Part shown: piece after piece, positions 60,504-64,000 of the stretch
Layout: the number at the start of each line of letters is the position of its first letter
Position numbering within the stretch: position 1 is the first letter of the stretch
NCBI RefSeq assembly: GCF_009914755.1
Contig: NC_060927.1
Reading direction: 5' to 3' (one strand)
Source of the DNA: the human T2T-CHM13v2.0 reference genome, Homo sapiens
DNA length: 64,000 nt
Program-made: the position numbers and the translations under genes
Notes under the pieces: model-generated
Told to the model about the DNA's origin: nothing
The model's input: only the letters and a program-made list of their open reading frames with translations
Databases searched by the model: none

Positions 60504-61769
60504 AACACTGCTATGCCAGGCCTTACTCCTAAATGCCTTATATCTTTCTATCTTTTCATCTTTGCCCAATCTTAAATAAATGTCCTCATTTTTATCCCAG
60601 TTGTAGATATGGGGAAACTGAAACCCAGAGATACAACACTTGGTGTTGTAGAGTTAAGAATCAGACCCAGACAATCTGGCTTGAAAGCTTGTCTTCTTAA
60701 CCATGTCCCATACTGAATTGAGATAATGTTGATTAAGAAATGTCTTTCTCACTCACCCAGATGGCCCTGTTCACTTGGGCCAGAAGCAACATCTTACCTG
60801 GAGATAGCAACAAGTCTCCATCTTTGGCTCAAGCACAAATCACAGGAGAAATCATCAACTGGAGAAAGGAAAAGTTTGTGATGATTGTGGTGCAACCCTA
60901 ATAACATCAACAGTTTATTCACGCTGCACAGGCTGCTTTTCCTCAAGGCAGGGCAATGCCTAGCTAAGTCTTTGTTGAGAGGGCTTGCAAAGCAAAGCAG
61001 CCACCTCCCAGCACCTGGACCAGCCCCTTGTGAGGCCTGGAGCTTGTTGCCAGCCCTTGGAGGGAGCTAAAGGGGGTCCTTGGGTACTGGGGCACTCATT
61101 CTGCATGCTCCGAGAGATGCACTTCCAGTTTCCGAAGAAGAATCCTAGAATGCTTTTTTGCACCCGGCTTTTTACCCTATCATCATTCATTTTCCTAGGC
61201 AGTTTTGTTGTTTCCTTTCTTCTGCAATGCCGGGTAGATGTCTCTCACAGACAAGCTAGAAATGCTGAGAGCTTCTGATACTCTGTTTCCTGTGCCTCTG
61301 TCTACTGTGCTAAAATAAATACTTCTAACTTCCTTTTTGGAAACCATAGCAATTATTTCATTGCTTTGAAGACCTTCATACTCCTGGTCCCCACCCTGCA
61401 ACATGGATTCCTGTGGCTGCTTTCTTCCAAATGCTACAGTGCTCAGTGTTGACTTTTTCAAGATGACTCACATGTAACTTAATGAGGATCAAGTCAAATA
61501 TTTCAGGTGACTCGTGTTCTTGGTGATGCTGCAGTTCCCACAGGAGTGTGTGCCGTCCTCTGTAGTGAAGAAGGTTCTAGACATGTGTTTTCTCTCCAGA
61601 GAACTCTGGAAGGCTGCATCCAGAGGTGAATTAGCCCTGGGAAATGGGATATTTTGGTGAGGCCACTTAGGCTAATACCCTTACAGTATAGTGAGTGGTC
61701 CCCGGGTATGTTTTGAATTCATATATTTATTTATCCATTACTTCCTAGAAGCAATAAAGTGGAACAGTT

Positions 61770-62160
61770 ACCAGCATTGGCTTTGCAGTCATATCCATCT
61801 AGATTCAAGCCCCAGCCTGGCCCCCTCCTATTTGTGTGACCAATGGCGAATCATTTAACCATTGTAATCCTCCACTTTCTCATCTACAGAAGACAGTAAC
61901 GATAGAACTCAGTTCTTGGGATCATTTTGAAAGTCAAACAAGATAATGACAGAAAAAGTTTACAGTAATTTCTGGAACTCAATAAATATTCTGGTTATTA
62001 TTTTTTAGTCATTTAGCTAGTGTTTATTGAGTAGTTAATATGAGCAGGGACTGTCCTAGACAGTGAAGACACATCAGGGAACATAATGAGGAGCCCTGCC
62101 AGCATGGAGTTTATATTATGTGTTCATGTGCGTGCAGGCTTTATAGACATGAAGCAAGCA
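61770..62160. mobile_element. MIR (+, ~61770-62000) abutting an L2 3' end (-, ~62008-62160)
   Basis: gattcaagccccagc...tcatttaacc...ctcaataaatatt; then gtttattgagtagttaatatgagcagggactgtcctag. Confidence 0.7.
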
Positions 62161-62467
62161 GATCAAAGTCCTCAAAGTGTGACCCACAGAACTTTAGTCT
62201 GGTTGAAGCATCACAAAAAGTCAGGTTCCTTGGTCAAATAGGTTATAAAAATTTTATTATAATCATATAATCAGTCATAACCATGGAGTCTTACATAATA
62301 ATATAGACCTTCTGTGCCCAGTCCTGTGTCAGAGGATCTGAGCAGCCCTCCATAAAGACACTTATTTAGCATTGATTAATCCACCATTCCCCAAACTTAT
62401 GTAACCAAAAAACTCTTGTTTGCTAATTCCTATTAGACTCCCATTGACCTATGTTCTGAGAAACACA
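62160..62467. mobile_element. MER112/113-like hAT-Charlie remnant
   Basis: ccttggtcaaatagg...ccccaaacttatgtaacca...cctattagactccc. Confidence 0.45.
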
Positions 62468-63099
62468 TGAAGGAAAATACTAAGCTAGAGATTAGAGAGA
62501 CTAGTGAAAAAGCAAGTCCACAATATAAGAAGAAATACCAGGTGGTCTGTGCCTAAGCCAAGCAACCCAAGGAAGGGCAGCCATAGAAAAGGGCTTTCCC
62601 TGCTCCACCAGCAAGTGCGCCAGCCAGCCCTCCAACATGTCTATGCTGGGCCCATCCAGGTTGCACTATGTGTGAATTCAGTAACAACTCACAATGGAGC
62701 ATCAGTTCCAGCCATCTGGGTCAGCAGCCTCCTAGCTCGGAGCATAGGCTCACACCAATCACAGAGCTATCTGGGCAGACTCTCCACCCTTCCCCCACCT
62801 GCTGCTTTATGGGAAGGGCCCTGCTATCCCTGTAAAGAAGGACTCCTGTCCTTCTGGTTGGTCTGCCTTTCCAGGTGATGGTGAGAGAGACACCAGCCAC
62901 CTTTCCTGGGCACACATCCCATTATCTGGCTCCTGGAGTGTGATTACATTACTTCAGTTGCACTGTTTCCATCTGACTTGAGCTACACGAATTGTTTCTC
63001 TTGCTTGTTTAATTGCCCATGTCTTATTACAGAGACAATTTATTGTTTTAGTGCAGCATAAAGTTCAAATATTTTATGCAAGATGAATACGGGCACTGA

Positions 63100-63416
<317 letters not shown>

Positions 63417-63674
63417 TGACACTGACATTTTCATGCCCTTCTCAAACTCACACAAATGAAAATCACACTGGAAACTTTTCAAACTGTTTTTGGCCAATAA
63501 TGACCAAGTGTCAAAATCTCCATAAGTTGATTTTTTTTTAAAAAAAAAGGACTCTAAAAGAATATGTTTTCTTCTATAATATTGCTGGGGATTTTATTGG
63601 GTGATACCAACACAAGCTTATGAATAGCTTTCCTAGGGTGTGAAAATGCCTTGGAAAACACCTTGGGAATTAAC

Positions 63675-64000
63675 TGTTGATATATACAACCACCTGGGTG
63701 AATCCCTAGAGAATTACACTGAGAGAAAAAAGCCAATCCCAAAAGCCTACATACATGCTGCATGATTCCATTTATATAACATTCTTAAAATAACCACAGA
63801 AATGGAGAACATTTAGTGGTGCCAGAGATTAAAGACAGGGTGGGGATGGGAGGGAAGTAGATGTGGCTATAGAAGGGTAACATGAGAGGTCCTGGTGGTG
63901 ATGAACTGTTCTGCATCTTGACTGTATCAATGTCAATGTCCTGGTTGTGATATTGTGCTATAGCTTTGCAAGATGTTATCACTGGGAAAAGCTGAGTAAA
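63675..64000 (+). mobile_element. L1MC1/2-type 3' UTR running off the window
   Basis: aaaaaagccaatcccaaaag...gattccatttatataacattct...gactgtatcaatgtcaatgtcctggttgtgatattgt. Confidence 0.85.

Overview
Simian-primate (most likely human) genomic DNA. I saw no prokaryotic features such as operons, CRISPR arrays, rRNA or tRNA. The only supportable coding sequence is one 123-bp + strand exon (13540-13662) encoding (V)NKHKPWIETSYHGVITENNDTVILDPPLVALDKDAPVPFA(G). I recognise this as the start of the first cadherin-like domain of calsyntenin-2 (CLSTN2 exon 2). The rest is intron, dense in interspersed repeats: a full-length THE1C element, MLT1/MLT2/THE1 LTRs, several L1M elements (one near full-length), four Alus, many MIR/L2 fragments and hAT/Tigger MITEs. 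Repeat subfamily names come from remembered consensus sequences, not a RepeatMasker run, and boundaries of old repeats are approximate. I found no evidence of a new multi-gene system. The most unusual signals lie between about 46 and 62 kb. (i) A perfect 27-bp-arm hairpin (56701-56780) sits next to a CpG-retaining non-repeat element carrying consensus splice donors. (ii) A ~90-bp segment recurs 2.4 kb downstream between a (CA)25 and a (TG)n tract. (iii) A 27-bp exact copy of a MIR/L2 junction lies 3.3 kb away beside a short inverted repeat. (iv) An L1MA carries a doubled 3' end inside a single TSD pair. Items (i)-(iii) resemble templated-insertion or template-switch repair scars; that reading is inference.
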